This document shows positions 11,399-23,311 of a stretch of DNA of 47,817 nucleotides, in pieces. The position numbers and the translations under genes are program-made. Source of the DNA: Octopus sinensis (taxonomy: Eukaryota); NCBI RefSeq assembly GCF_006345805.1, contig NW_021834540.1:1-47817 (forward strand), read 5' to 3'. The notes beneath the pieces were generated by a model, which saw only the letters and a list, made by a program, of their open reading frames with translations, was not told the DNA's origin and made no database searches. Position 1 is the first letter of the stretch. Every line of letters starts with the position of its first letter.

Positions 11399-11769
11399 TA
11401 CACTTATATATATAACACTTATATATATATATATATTGCCACCTACGTATAAAAGCAAACACACATACATACACACATCTATTTATTGGCATATTTTCCT
11501 ACCTGTCACAAGTAACACCTACAGATATTAGGTACCCCTCCTCTCTAACAGCATTTCTGTTATTCAATCATCTCTCACATCATGTTATTGTTTCACTTTT
11601 TATTGTATTTCTCTCATTAATTTTATCTTATTTACTCCATCTTTGGGTGTTTTGTTTACATTATTTTATGTTCGGTTTCTCACACATACTCTCACTCTCT
11701 CTTTCTATTTATATATCTTTCTTTTTTGCCCTCTCTCACTTCTTTTCTTCCTTTCTTTCTCCTCTCTCT

Positions 11770-11856
11770 CCTATATATATGATATATGATAAATATATAT
11801 CATATATGATATATATATATGTATGATATATGATATATATGTGTGTGTATATATAT

Positions 11857-11888
<32 letters not shown>

Positions 11889-11973
11889 GTATATATATGT
11901 GTGTGTGTGTATGTATATGTATGTAAGTATGTATGTATGTATGTATGCATGTATGTATGTATGTATGTATGTA

Positions 11974-12016
<43 letters not shown>

Positions 12017-12520
12017 CATATATATATATATATATTATATACATATATATATATATATCAAGAGAGAGATACATATACATACTAACACACATATATGTTT
12101 ATATATGTTACATAAATGCATATATTTGCATACATTCATACGTGTGTGTGTATAGACATATATATATAATGTGAAAAGTTAACCCAAGCTAAGCTAAATA
12201 GGATAAAAAAATATGAGAAAAGGATAATAAAAATATTACAATAACATGATTGAATAATACAAAAAAAAATGCTGAAGGAGTGTGAGAGTTGTTATCATCT
12301 CTGGTGTGGGGTTACTTGGGGGGACGGGCTTGGTTTAACTTGCGTGTTAGTTAAATAGATAAATCAATGAATGAATAATTCAGTAATTAAATAAATAGAT
12401 TAACTAAACTGATAAATGATAGAATAAATAGTTAATAGTATACAGACATAATTGGTTAAAGATTAAGCATGAGGATAAGGTAGGAAATACATTATGTGAG
12501 TTGAAACTAGATAAGGTAGG

Positions 12521-12598
<78 letters not shown>

Positions 12599-12681
12599 AT
12601 ATATATATATATATATATATAGTATGTATATTATATATATATATATATATACATATATGTATGTGTGTGTATATATATATA

Positions 12682-12714
<33 letters not shown>

Positions 12715-12730
12715 CATATATATATGGTAT

Positions 12731-12765
<35 letters not shown>
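11770..12765. repeat. Two long compound (TA)/(TG)/(TATG) microsatellite tracts (11770-12170, 12523-12765)
   Basis: Direct inspection; source of several YI-repeat ORFs. Confidence 0.9.
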
Positions 12766-12766
<1 letters not shown>

Positions 12767-13164
12767 GGCAACTCATACATTGGAAATACAGGTGATTAGT
12801 GAGTGTAATCATGAGCAGATATTATTAATGTACGTTAGTAGTTAATCAGGCAATAATAAAGAGATAAGAGTGAGATACCTGATAATTATTACACAATGTT
12901 GCATGTTAGATAATTAACGTTGGATTAAGGTTAAATTTTCCACTGATTCAACAAGGCTGGTTAAGCCAGAAGGTGATTAGAACCCAGTACATGTAACGTC
13001 ACACTTCTTTGAACCATGTACACATAGACGTGGATCAATTAACTTTTGACCTGAAATTTTAATGGAAACCCGTTGGCTGTGTCTTTAAGAATCTTGAACT
13101 GAGATATGCATGTTGTGTAATTAACTGTTTGATCATTTAACCAACAGCTATGACCTATGACACA

Positions 13165-13323
13165 GGTGTGGCTGCGTGGTAAGAAGCTTGCTTCCCAACC
13201 TCATGTTTCCGGGTTCAGTTCCACTGTGTGACACCTTGGGCAAGTGTCTATTACAATAGCCTGAGGCCGACCAAAGCCTTGTGAGTGGATTTGGTAGATG
13301 GAAATTCAAAGAAGAGAGTCGTA

Positions 13324-13325
<2 letters not shown>
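13165..13325 (+). mobile_element. Family A SINE, 5' half
   Basis: GGCTGCGTGGTAAGAAGCTTGC..GGTTCAGTTCC..GACACCTTGGGCAAGTGTCT. Confidence 0.85.
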
Positions 13326-13379
<54 letters not shown>

Positions 13380-13390
13380 ATGTATGTATT

Positions 13391-13557
13391 GATAAAAATG
13401 GTAAGACAACAAAAGAATGAAAGAGACCTCAATATTATATAAATAGAGGAATTTATCTGTAAAAGTAATATGTAAAATTCTGTAAAATTCAGTAGCCATG
13501 ATAAAACTCCGAGTTTCGGATGCTGAGGTGGAAATCCACACCGCCATCTCTTCAGTT
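13391..13557 (-). mobile_element. Penelope-like fragment, family P2
   Basis: Homologous to 40208-40457 (ACAAAAGAA.GAAAGA.ACCTCAATATTAT.TAAATAGAGGAA..GATAAAACTC.GAGTTTC.GATGC). Hammerhead-like motif on the minus strand. Confidence 0.6.
13500..13557 (-). ncRNA. Hammerhead-like motif
   Basis: Minus strand reads AA-CUGAAGA-GAUG..GUGG(AUUU)CCAC..CAUC-C-GAA-ACUC(G)GAGU-U-UUAUC. The core is canonical; most of the 5' strand of stem I is replaced by the adjacent B fragment. Confidence 0.5.
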
Positions 13558-13668
13558 GCCTTTCATCTTTTTGGAGTTGATAAAATAAATACCACTTGAG
13601 CACTGGGATCGATGTAATTGACTTACTGCCTTGCCAAAATTGCTAGCCTTGTGCCAAAATTTGAAATT
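13556..13668 (+). mobile_element. Family B SINE, 3' fragment
   Basis: TTGCCTTTCATCTTTTTGGAGTTGATAAAA..CTGGGATCGATGTAAT, followed by an ATT tail. Confidence 0.75.
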
Positions 13669-13669
13669 A

Positions 13670-13707
<38 letters not shown>

Positions 13708-14010
13708 GTGGCACGTAAAAAGCCCCATCCGTTCGTGGCCATTGCCAGCCTCGCCTGGCCCCCGTGCTGGTGGCACGTAAAAAGCACCATCCGTCCGTGG
13801 CCGTTTGCCAGCTCCGTCTGGCACCTGTGCGGGTGGCACGTAAAAAGCACCCACTACACTCACGGAGTGGTTGGCGTTAGGAAGGGCATCCAGCCGTAGA
13901 AACACTGCCAGATCAGACTGGGCCTGATGCAGCCTTCTGGCTTCACAGACCCCAGTTGAACCGTCCAACCCATGCTAGCATGGAAAGCGGACGCTAAATG
14001 ATGATGATTA
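13708..14010 (+). mobile_element. Family C copy with internal tandem units
   Basis: Three GTGGCACGTAAAAAGC units, GGCGTTAGGAAGGGCATCCAGCCGTAGAAA and a (GAT)n tail. Confidence 0.9.
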
Positions 14011-14421
14011 TTATCATATATACACAACAGATTAGACTGTTGGAAAAGAAAAATTCTTAACATCAGAAACCTTACATGCCAAGAACCCTCCTATGTATCC
14101 TAGCTGTTCCAAATAACACTGTGTTTTGGAGCTGTACTAAACTGGGTTGTATACCTATTTCCTTTATCCATCTGTTGGGATCTTTAGGGATAGTTCCCAG
14201 TGCACCTATAACTATTGGGCTACATTTTACCTGCACTTTCCATAGCCTCTGTAATTCAATGGCTTGGTCCTGGTACTTTGCTATTTTTCTATACTTCTCA
14301 TATTGATTTTTGCTGTCATTTGGGACTGTAAAGTCAATTATCTGGCACTTTCTGTTCTCTTTATCTACTACTATTAAATCAGGACTTCTAGCTTCTATTA
14401 TTCTGTCAGTCTGAACGTTAA

Positions 14422-14643
14422 CCCTTTCAATACTGTATTTGTTTTGAGATGCTCTGTGTTTCTTTCAAATAATTTTGAATATAACAAAGAATTTAATAAA
14501 ATAACTTAGTGATCATTCAGCTAGCGTTAGGAGCATAAATTGTGACTAAAGTTTGGTGGAAGATTTTGATTCAAAACTTATGAAAACAAAACACTTGAAC
14601 TACAGAGCAAGAGGCAGTTTCAGCTGGATTGGTAATGAAAGGG
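14422..14643. mobile_element. piggyBac-like MITE with intact TTAA duplication
   Basis: TTAA (14418-14421)|CCCTTTCAATAC ... GTAATGAAAGGG|TTAA (14644-14647); TIR 11/12. Confidence 0.7.
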
Positions 14644-14661
14644 TTAAAGTCCCACGTCTTG

Positions 14662-14868
14662 TAGGCAGCAGATTGGCAGAATCACTAGCATGCTGGGCAA
14701 AATGCTTAGTGGTATTTCGTCTGTCTTTACATTTGTCAGTTCGAATTCTGCTGAGGTCAACTTTGACTTTCGTCCTTTTGGAGTTAGTGAAATAAGCACC
14801 TGGGTCAATGTAATCAAGTTTCCCCCACCCCGAAATTGAACAGTCTTAGGCTAAAATTTGAAACCAGT
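14662..14868 (+). mobile_element. Family B SINE
   Basis: GGCAGAATCACTAGCATGCTGGGCAAAATGCTTAGTGG..CTGAGGTCAACTTTG. Confidence 0.8.
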
Positions 14869-14919
14869 ATTATAACTATTGTTTTCAACGTCACCGCTCT
14901 TACCATAATATCATTGTAT

Positions 14920-15171
14920 CATCATCATTCTTATTAACATCATCATCATCATCATGGTTACCACCATCACCACAACTACAAGCTTCACAATTATCTTCAC
15001 CATTCATCATCGCCATCAACACCACCAACAACACCACCACCATCACCATCATCATCATCATCATCATCATCCTCATCATGGCTACCACCATCACCACAAC
15101 TACAAAATTCACAATTATCTTCACCATTCATCATCGCCATCACCACCACCAACAACACCACCACCATCACT

Positions 15172-15203
<32 letters not shown>

Positions 15204-15373
15204 TATCGTCATCTTCAAAAGCAGCAGCATTGTCCATTGTCATCACGATGACCACAATCATCATCAACATCGCCACCACCACCACCACCATCATCGTCAT
15301 CATTATTGTCATCACCATCATTATCATCATCATTATAATAACAATAATAATAATGATAATAATAATCACCATT

Positions 15374-15411
<38 letters not shown>

Positions 15412-15535
15412 TATCACCATCACCAATATACCTCCATCACAAACTTCCTCAACATCATCACAAATACTGCTGCCACCACTACTACCACGACCATCACGAT
15501 CATCATCATCATCATCATCATCATCCAGTAACAAT
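14920..15535. repeat. (CAT)/(CAC) low-complexity tract containing a 124-bp tandem duplication
   Basis: ATGG(T/C)TACCACCATCACCACAACTACAA..CACAATTATCTTCACCATTCATCATCGCCATC starts at both 14954 and 15078. Confidence 0.85.
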
Positions 15536-15779
15536 AATATAGCACGTTTCTCTTGTAACACCAGACACTGTTTATGTATTAACAAGATTGTTTTTATAAA
15601 TTGTATGGAAACTACTTTTATTTTCATATTTTTATTTTCTCTATTAATTTTCTGTTACTTAAAAAAAATTTTTTCTTTTGAATTATTTATTAACTTTTGT
15701 TTTGTTTTGTTTGTTTTCTTTTTTTTTCGTTTTTAATTTCCTATATGTTGTTGCAGTTGTTGTTATTGCTGGTTGTAGT

Positions 15780-15837
15780 GTTGTTATTATTATTAATATT
15801 ATTATAATTATTATTATTTTTATTATTATTATTATTA

Positions 15838-15883
<46 letters not shown>

Positions 15884-15918
15884 CATTATTATTATCATTA
15901 TTATCATTATTATTATTA

Positions 15919-15959
<41 letters not shown>

Positions 15960-16078
15960 AATTTTATTATTTGCAATCTGCCTAGTACAGTAATATTATT
16001 ATTAGTATTATTACTATTATTACTACTGCTGCTGCTGCTGCTGCTGCTACTACTACTACTACTACTACTATCATTATT
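15780..16078. repeat. (ATT)n/(CTG)n/(CTA)n microsatellite
   Basis: Direct inspection. Confidence 0.9.
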
Positions 16079-16741
16079 GAGGCAGCAAGCTGGCAGAATT
16101 GTTAGAATATCTGACAAATTTCTTAGCAGTATTTTGGCACTTCACATTCTGGGTTCAAATTCTGCCGCAGTCGACTTTGCATTTCATCCTTTTGGGGTTA
16201 GTGTAGTCGACTAACCCCACCGCCCACAGCATTTCAGTCCATGTCCCTAGAGTAGAAGGGATCATTATTATTTTCATAAAGGCAGTGAGATGGCAGGATT
16301 GTTGGCAAGTCAGGTAAAATGTTTAGTGGCATTTCATCTGTCTTTACATTATGGTTTCAAATTCCACCGAGGTCGACTTTGCCTTTCATTCTTTCGGTGT
16401 CAATAAATTAAGTAATTAAGTACTATTCAAGTACAGGGGTCGTTGCTGTCAACAACCTGCCTCCCAAAATTTCAGACCTTGCATCTAAAAATGAAAGAAT
16501 TCTTCTTCTTCTTATTATTATTATTATTAAGGTGGTGAATTAGCAGAATTGTTAGTATGCCAGGCAAAATGCTTAGGAGTATTTCGCCTTTAAATTCTGA
16601 GTTCAAATTCAACCGAGGTCGACTGTGCCTTTCAACCTTTCGGGGGTCGATAAATTAAGTACCAGTTGCATACTGGGGTCGATCTAATCAACTGGCTCCC
16701 TCCCACCAAATTTCAGGCCTTGTGACTAGAGTAGAAAAGAT
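16079..16741 (+). mobile_element. Three head-to-tail family B SINEs (16079-16260, 16278-16500, 16528-16741)
   Basis: Each has the GCAGAATTG-type head, a TTCAAATTC box and the Deu/Nin-like core. They are separated by short ATT/TTC tails. Confidence 0.85.
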
Positions 16742-16746
16742 TATTA

Positions 16747-16798
<52 letters not shown>

Positions 16799-17204
16799 CA
16801 ATATTATTATTATTATTTTTACTTTTATTGTGCTGTCTACCTATTGCCTTCTATATCCTACTATTTTGAGTAGGCACACACACACTCACACACAAACACA
16901 CACACACACACTCACACACACACACACACACTTACACACACACACTCACACACTCACACACTCACATACACTGATATATGTATTTATGACTGTCTGTATC
17001 TCCAGTAATGAAATTAAAAACAATTGTAAATTATTCTAAATTCTCTATATTTTCTAAACTTTAAGCTGACATAATTGTTAGTGCATTGGCATAAAAAATT
17101 GCTTTATATTTATTTTCTGACTCTTCATACTCTGGGTTCTAATCCCTCTGAGGTCGACCCTTTAAGGGTCAATAAAACAAAGTACCAAAATCAGAATCAG
17201 TTGT

Positions 17205-17534
17205 ATATATTAGCTGATTCTCTGTCGATTACAGTGATGAGAGTTCCAGTTCATTCAAGAAACAGAGCAGCCTGTTCATGAAATCAATGTGAAAGTGGCT
17301 GAGTACTCCACAGACACATGTATCCATATTGTACTACTTTGGGAAATTCAGTGTGACATAGAAGGAGACAAGGCTGGACCTTTGGAATACAGGTACTATT
17401 CGGTTTTATCAACTGAGTGGGCTGGAGCAACATGAAATAAAGTGTCTCGATCAAGGATATGACACACAGGTGGGAATTGAACTCATGACCTTACAATTGT
17501 GAGTCGAGTACTCTAACCACTAAGCCACACATGC
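17205..17534 (-). mobile_element. tRNA-derived SINE, family H
   Basis: Minus strand has TGGCTTAGTGG (A box) and GAGTTCAATTCCC (B box). The 3' part recurs on the plus strand at about 21915-22050. Confidence 0.7.
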
Positions 17535-17699
17535 ACACACACAGGTACATATACACAGACACAGACACACACACACACACCACACACACACACACACATA
17601 TATATATTATATTTATGTATATATATGAATTAGGTGCTTAAATTGAGACACCTTGTAAGTTCAATCTAATTTGCCCACCCAAATAATATCAGGTGAATA

Positions 17700-18340
17700 T
17701 CAAACTCTGTGCAAAAGTGTTTACACTTGATATTCTTGTAGTGTATGCAGATAACATGACCCAACTTAGTGAAGAGATTCGCTCTTGGTTGTTCAGGCAT
17801 GTACTTTATATAAAAGTGCAAAAGTATTTTCTATAAAATTTCCAAAGTGCAGATTCTTAGGTAGGTGAGTAAAATTTAAATGTACAGGTGTCAATTCATT
17901 ATGGCCATTTCAAGCAATTACATTAATTGATTCTGCCAAAGATGTAGCAGCAGAATCAATGTAAATATTTGACCTCTGTTGGTGATATGAATTTGTTAAA
18001 GCAGTTGGTTTGCCCTTTGTGTTTGAAGTCTATGCAGTCATCATCATCATCATCATCATCGTTTAACGTCCGTTTTCCGTGCTAGCACGGGTTGGACGGT
18101 TCAACCGGGGTCTGGGAAGCCAGGGGCTGCTCCAGGCTCCAGTCTGATCTGGCAGAGTTTCTACGGCTGGATGCCCTTCCTAAAGCCAACCACTCCACGA
18201 GTGTAGTGGGTGCTTTTTACGTGCCACCTGCAGTCATCTGATAAAAATGCTTCCTTTGCAATGATGTAATGTTTTCATTAATCAATTAAAGGAGTAGCTT
18301 GAAATGACCATAATGAATTGACACCTCTATATCTTTCTTA

Positions 18341-18379
<39 letters not shown>

Positions 18380-18579
18380 ATATTCAGCTCCCCTTCCCTG
18401 TGGCCAGTCTTGCATCTTCCCTTCTCATTCAGAACCCCTACTACAAAATGATTAAGTATGGAAATGACTCCAACAGGACCAATGTTTCATATGTAAAACA
18501 CACAATGTGAAATATCCACTTATAAGTTGGCAATTAGTAGAAATTTACAATAGTTTAAATTGGCCGAATACTTTTGCAC

Positions 18580-18587
<8 letters not shown>
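17700..18587. mobile_element. Possible degenerate Tc1-like element with nested family C copy
   Basis: 12-bp inverted match CTGTGCAAAAGT (17707-17718) / ACTTTTGCACAG (18570-18581). The right end resembles a Tc1 TIR followed by TA. Confidence 0.35.
18038..18232 (-). mobile_element. Family C copy
   Basis: (CAT)n tail plus GTTTAACGTCCGTTTTCCGTGCTAGCACGGG..GTGCTTTTTACGTGCCACC. Confidence 0.85.
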
Positions 18588-18639
<52 letters not shown>

Positions 18640-18646
18640 ATATATA

Positions 18647-18832
18647 GGTCCCGGGTTGAGTCGGGGTTAACCACAGTCAATAAGGTACTCAATACATAGC
18701 AGAGTAAATTAATTTATTTTATAGAAGGAGCTTCTACAGGACTAGAACTGTTTCATTCAAAAGAAATCATATGATTTCTTTTGAATGAAACAGTTCAAGT
18801 CCTGTAGAAGCTCCTTCTATAAAATAAATTAA
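18647..18832. mobile_element. Penelope-like fold-back element P3 (62-bp arms, no spacer)
   Basis: 18709-18770 and 18771-18832 are reverse complements with one mismatch. Flanked by (TA)n; partial hammerhead at the centre. Confidence 0.65.
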
Positions 18833-18839
18833 AAAACAA

Positions 18840-18872
<33 letters not shown>

Positions 18873-18987
18873 CAAAAAGGGTAATAACATAAGTTATTAT
18901 TACCAGTGGCCTAGCACAAAAGACGAATTAGTCATTAGACAAAATTTTTCATATAGAAATATAAAATATTATTCATAAAATATTATT

Positions 18988-19026
<39 letters not shown>

Positions 19027-19167
19027 GTAATTATGTATAGATATATATTCTTTTATTCCTTTACTTGTTTCAGTCGTTTATCTTCATCCATGCTGGAGCA
19101 CTGCCTTGAAGTAACTTTTGGGACACTCTGTACATATATAGTATTATTATTATTATTATTATTATTA

Positions 19168-19470
19168 AAAAGCACCATTTGAGCGTGATCGTTACCAGCG
19201 TCGCCTTACTGGCACTTGTGCTGGTGTGCAGGTGGCATGTAAAAATACACAATTTTTTTCATGGCTGTTGCCAGTACTGCCTGACTGGCCCTCATGCCAG
19301 CGGCACGTAAAAGCACCCACTACGCTCCCAGAGCCATTGACATTAGGAAGGGCATCTAGCCATAGAAACTCTGCTAGATCAAGATTGGAGCCTGGTGCAG
19401 CCATCTGGTTCGCCAGTCTTCAGTCAAATTGTCCAACCCATGCTAGTGGATGTTAAACGATGACGATGAT
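19168..19470 (+). mobile_element. Family C copy (second subfamily)
   Basis: AAAAAGCACCATTTGAGC..TTAGGAAGGGCATCTAGCC..GTCCAACCCATGCTAG..(GAT)n. Confidence 0.8.
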
Positions 19471-19900
19471 TATTATTGTTATTATTATTATTATCATTAT
19501 TATTATTATTACTGTCATTATAAACTCATTATCATTTCACATCTGCTTTTCACTCTCAGTAGCATGGAAAGAGGACAGGAAGTGGTGATAATAATAATAA
19601 TGATAATGATAATGAAAATATATAAACATGTGTATATATACAAGTATGCATGTTAGTACATATATATATATATATATATATGGATATATGTAACTCCCAA
19701 TAAATGCGTTGAATGACCTTCTTTCATTTGTCCACTCACTCATATATATGTGTGTGTATGTGTGTGTGTGCGTGCGTGCGTGTGTTCATATACATAAATA
19801 TAGATATAGATAGATAAATATAGAAAGACATATATACATATTTATACATGTATATATATACATATCCACGCACATATATACATATACATATGCACATATG

Positions 19901-19949
<49 letters not shown>

Positions 19950-20339
19950 AGCACATGTATATATAATATGATGCATGCATGTATGTATATACATTTCTCT
20001 TTCTATGTGTGCGTGTTTGTTGCACATATATAAACATGTATGCTTGTATGCATATACACACATATATATATATATATATATGTATTTACATATATATGTA
20101 TGTATTGGGAAAAAGGTACATAAATTTGTGTTTAAAATTATTATGAATATCGCAGCAGGTATGAACATTAATTGTTCGTTAATATATGAATATGTAAAAA
20201 GACACGCTATATTCATCATTATTCATTCCCTTTATTAATAAGTAATGATTATTCCTCTCTGCTTGTGGCCTACTCATTAGAATAATTGAACCATGTTAAA
20301 CAAATGAAACTCCTTTGAAAAGACATTACATATACAACC

Positions 20340-20485
20340 ATGGAAGTGTGGTAAGGAGTTTGCTTGGTTTGGGGTTCGGTCCCACTGTATCTCACATTGG
20401 GAAAATGTGTCTTCTTCTACCACCCTGTGTCGAACAAAAACATTTTGAGTCGATTTGGTAGATGGAAACTGAAAGAAGCCTGTTA
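20340..20485 (+). mobile_element. Family A-related SINE head (diverged)
   Basis: GTGTGGTAAGGAG..GGTTCGGTCCCACTG..GATTTGGTAGATGGAAACTGAAAGAAGCC. Confidence 0.65.
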
Positions 20486-20619
20486 TTTGTAACTGACAAG
20501 GGAAGACAACGTCTACATCTTGTGTGCAATTTTTCCATGTGTTCATTTGTTGTCCAGCTATGTAATTTTTTAATCATATTACATATATATATATATATAT
20601 ATATTCATATATATTTCTA

Positions 20620-20787
20620 CATTTAAGAGATGAGGGATTATGAACATTATTTACATTTGACAGATATTTGTCCTCATCTTGTTTGTTGTTAACACAACGT
20701 TTAGGCTGATATACCCTTTATTAATAAGTACCAGTTAAGAGTTAGGGTTACTAACTCCATGATTATGAGTTCGATTCTAGGCAGTGA

Positions 20788-20828
<41 letters not shown>

Positions 20829-20963
20829 TCGAAAAATACCTTAAGAATGAGAACCCAGGTTCAAAATTTCCCCAAGACACCTGATGAAGGCTGGAGGGTA
20901 TATCGGCCAAAATGTGTTAACAACAAACAAGATGAGAAAAAATATGTCAAATGTAAATAATGT
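20620..20963. mobile_element. Penelope-like inverted-repeat element P4
   Basis: Arms 20644-20716 and 20896-20963 are imperfect reverse complements. (TA)n lies on both sides; contains a CTGATGA hammerhead core. Confidence 0.7.
20877..20918 (+). ncRNA. Minimal type I hammerhead ribozyme motif (mutated copy)
   Basis: ACAC-CUGAUGA-A-GGCUG(10 nt)CGGCC-aaaau-GUGU. The inverted arm supplies CAGCC-uAA-ACGU-U-GUGU, so the consensus rebuilds stem I ACAC/GUGU, stem II GGCUG/CAGCC, palindromic stem III ACGU and a GUU triplet. Confidence 0.6.
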
Positions 20964-20985
20964 ATATATATATATATATATGATT

Positions 20986-21407
20986 GGCTGTGTGGTAAGT
21001 AGCTTGCTTATGAACCACATGGTTCTGGGTTCAGTCCCACTGCGTGACACCTTGGGCAAGTGTCTTCTACTATAACCTTGGGCCGACCAAAGCCTTGTGA
21101 GTGGATTTGGTAGACTGAAACTGAAAGAAGCTCGTCGTGTATATGTATATGTATATATATGTGTGTGTGTATGTGTGCACATGTGTGTATATGTTTGTGC
21201 ATCTGTGTTTGTCCCCACAACATCGCTTGACAACCAATGCTGGTGTGTTTACATCCCCGTAACATAGCAGTTTGGCAAAAGAGACTGATAGAATATATAC
21301 TAGGCTTACAAAGAATAAGTCCTGGGGTCGATTTGCTAGGCTAAAGGCAGTGCTCCAGCATGGCCACAGTCAAATGACTGAAACAACTAAAAGAGTAAAA
21401 GAGTAAA
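20986..21407 (+). mobile_element. Family A SINE, full length
   Basis: tRNA-like head (GGTTCAGTCCC B-box-like), GACACCTTGGGCAAG (resembles the start of the CORE domain), internal TA/TG microsatellite, body, and GAGTAAAA repeat tail. Confidence 0.9.
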
Positions 21408-21609
21408 GGCAGTAAACTGGCAGAAACATTGGCACACCGGGTGAAATACTTAGCAGTATTTCATCTGTCTTTACGTTCTGCCAAGGTTGACTTTGGCGTT
21501 CATCCTTTAAGGGTCAATAAATTAAGTACCCATTGCATACTGGGGTCGATCTAATCAACTGGCCCCCTTCCCCAAAATTTTGGGCCTTGTGCTTAGAGTA
21601 GAAAAGAAT

Positions 21610-21656
<47 letters not shown>

Positions 21657-21830
21657 TACGTGCACACACTCGCACACACACACTCACACACACACACAAG
21701 GTTAATTGACAGAATTGTTAGACAATGTGGCCTAACTTCTTGCTGTCTCTGCTCTGAGTTCAAATTCCACTGAGGTCATCCTTGCTTTTGCCCTTTCAGG
21801 GTCATACAGAACTAAGTACCTGTCCTGTAT
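21406..21830 (+). mobile_element. Two family B SINEs (21406-21608, 21698-21830) separated by (GATA)n at 21611-21656
   Basis: Same diagnostic motifs as other family B copies. Confidence 0.8.
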
Positions 21831-22049
21831 TCCAGTTTTCTGACTAACGCTCCTCCTTGCCCTGTTTCTTTCACTTTCTCTTTCACCATAAATTGCACTT
21901 CTTATGCTGATTCAATCTGAAAATTCAGTTAAGGGTACACAGGTCTGTGGAATATTCAGCCACTTACATATTAAAGTCACAGATTGGTGGTACGGTTGAT
22001 TGAACAACTGACTTCTCATTACTGATATTGACAGAGAATCCACTACTGT

Positions 22050-22381
22050 ATACACACACACACACATGCATGTATATATACACACATACACACACACACT
22101 TAAACGGACACACACACATACATACACACATACACACATGCATACATATATATACACACATATATACAGTTTATAGTAGGTTATGTATATAATACTTTAT
22201 ACATTTTTTAGTCTTATAATATATTTTAAAACTGTAATAAAAGTTTAAATACATATATGTGCATGTGTGTGTATGTATATATATATATATATATGTGTAC
22301 ATACATATATATATATATATAAATGCGGTCATACATGCATACACATGCATATGTGTGTGTGTTGATACATATATATTACAT

Positions 22382-22417
<36 letters not shown>

Positions 22418-22709
22418 TGTGTGTATATATATCTATATTTATGTGTATGTATATATTTATTTATATATACATATATATATGTATATATATATATATATCT
22501 AATAACATACATATATATATGTATATATATAAACGTATATGTATAGATATAAACTTTATACAACAATATTAATATTGATAGGAAATTAATAGATACAAAG
22601 ATAATAGATACTAGATAATAATGAAATAAAAAACATATACATATATGTTAGTGAGCACATATATACATATATATGTGTGTGCATGTATATATATCCATAT
22701 ATACATATA

Positions 22710-22769
<60 letters not shown>

Positions 22770-22880
22770 ATAAGCTACATATATATATGTGTGTACATAT
22801 GGATATATATATATATATACAAATACATATATACACATATATATACAACACACATATATATATACCTATATACATGTATA
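22050..22880. repeat. Long compound (TA)/(CA) microsatellite region
   Basis: Direct inspection. Confidence 0.9.
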
Positions 22881-23280
22881 TGTATATTTATTTGCTTTTG
22901 TAACAAAAATTTTTTTTTCTCTCTTCTCTTCTCCTCTCTTATCAAATTCTTGATAAAAATATGTTTACAAAACAAAACTTTACTTTGCAGCGGAAGCGGA
23001 GAATTCTGGAAGGTCCATTGAAGGTGAAGTATCTATTGTTAAACTTAATCGCAGAAGTAGAGTATTGGTGTTCTGAGAGTTTTCACTTCATTCCTTCTAG
23101 AAGCTATACCACTTAACTAAAGAAATTCTAATTGCTTTCACTTTGTATTCTCTGCTCTTTCTTCTCAACACCATCTTCACCAAATGCAGATATACACTTA
23201 ACATAGACACACAGACATACTCAGACACACCCGTCACACACATTCACACCAATGACACAGACTCATATGTATGTGTGCTT

Positions 23281-23311
<31 letters not shown>

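Noticed and set aside
14954-15736. 260-aa His/Thr/Ile-rich ORF as a gene
   Set aside because: It is a translation of CAT/CAC/AAT repeats with a frame-shifting 124-bp duplication and no recognisable domain.
18871-18970. Possible Penelope ORF tail in (TA)n
   Set aside because: Peptide resemblance is too weak and there is no second copy or ribozyme motif.
20986-21060. tRNA gene
   Set aside because: A- and B-box-like motifs are present, but they run into a SINE body and there is no full cloverleaf. The same applies to the other SINE heads.
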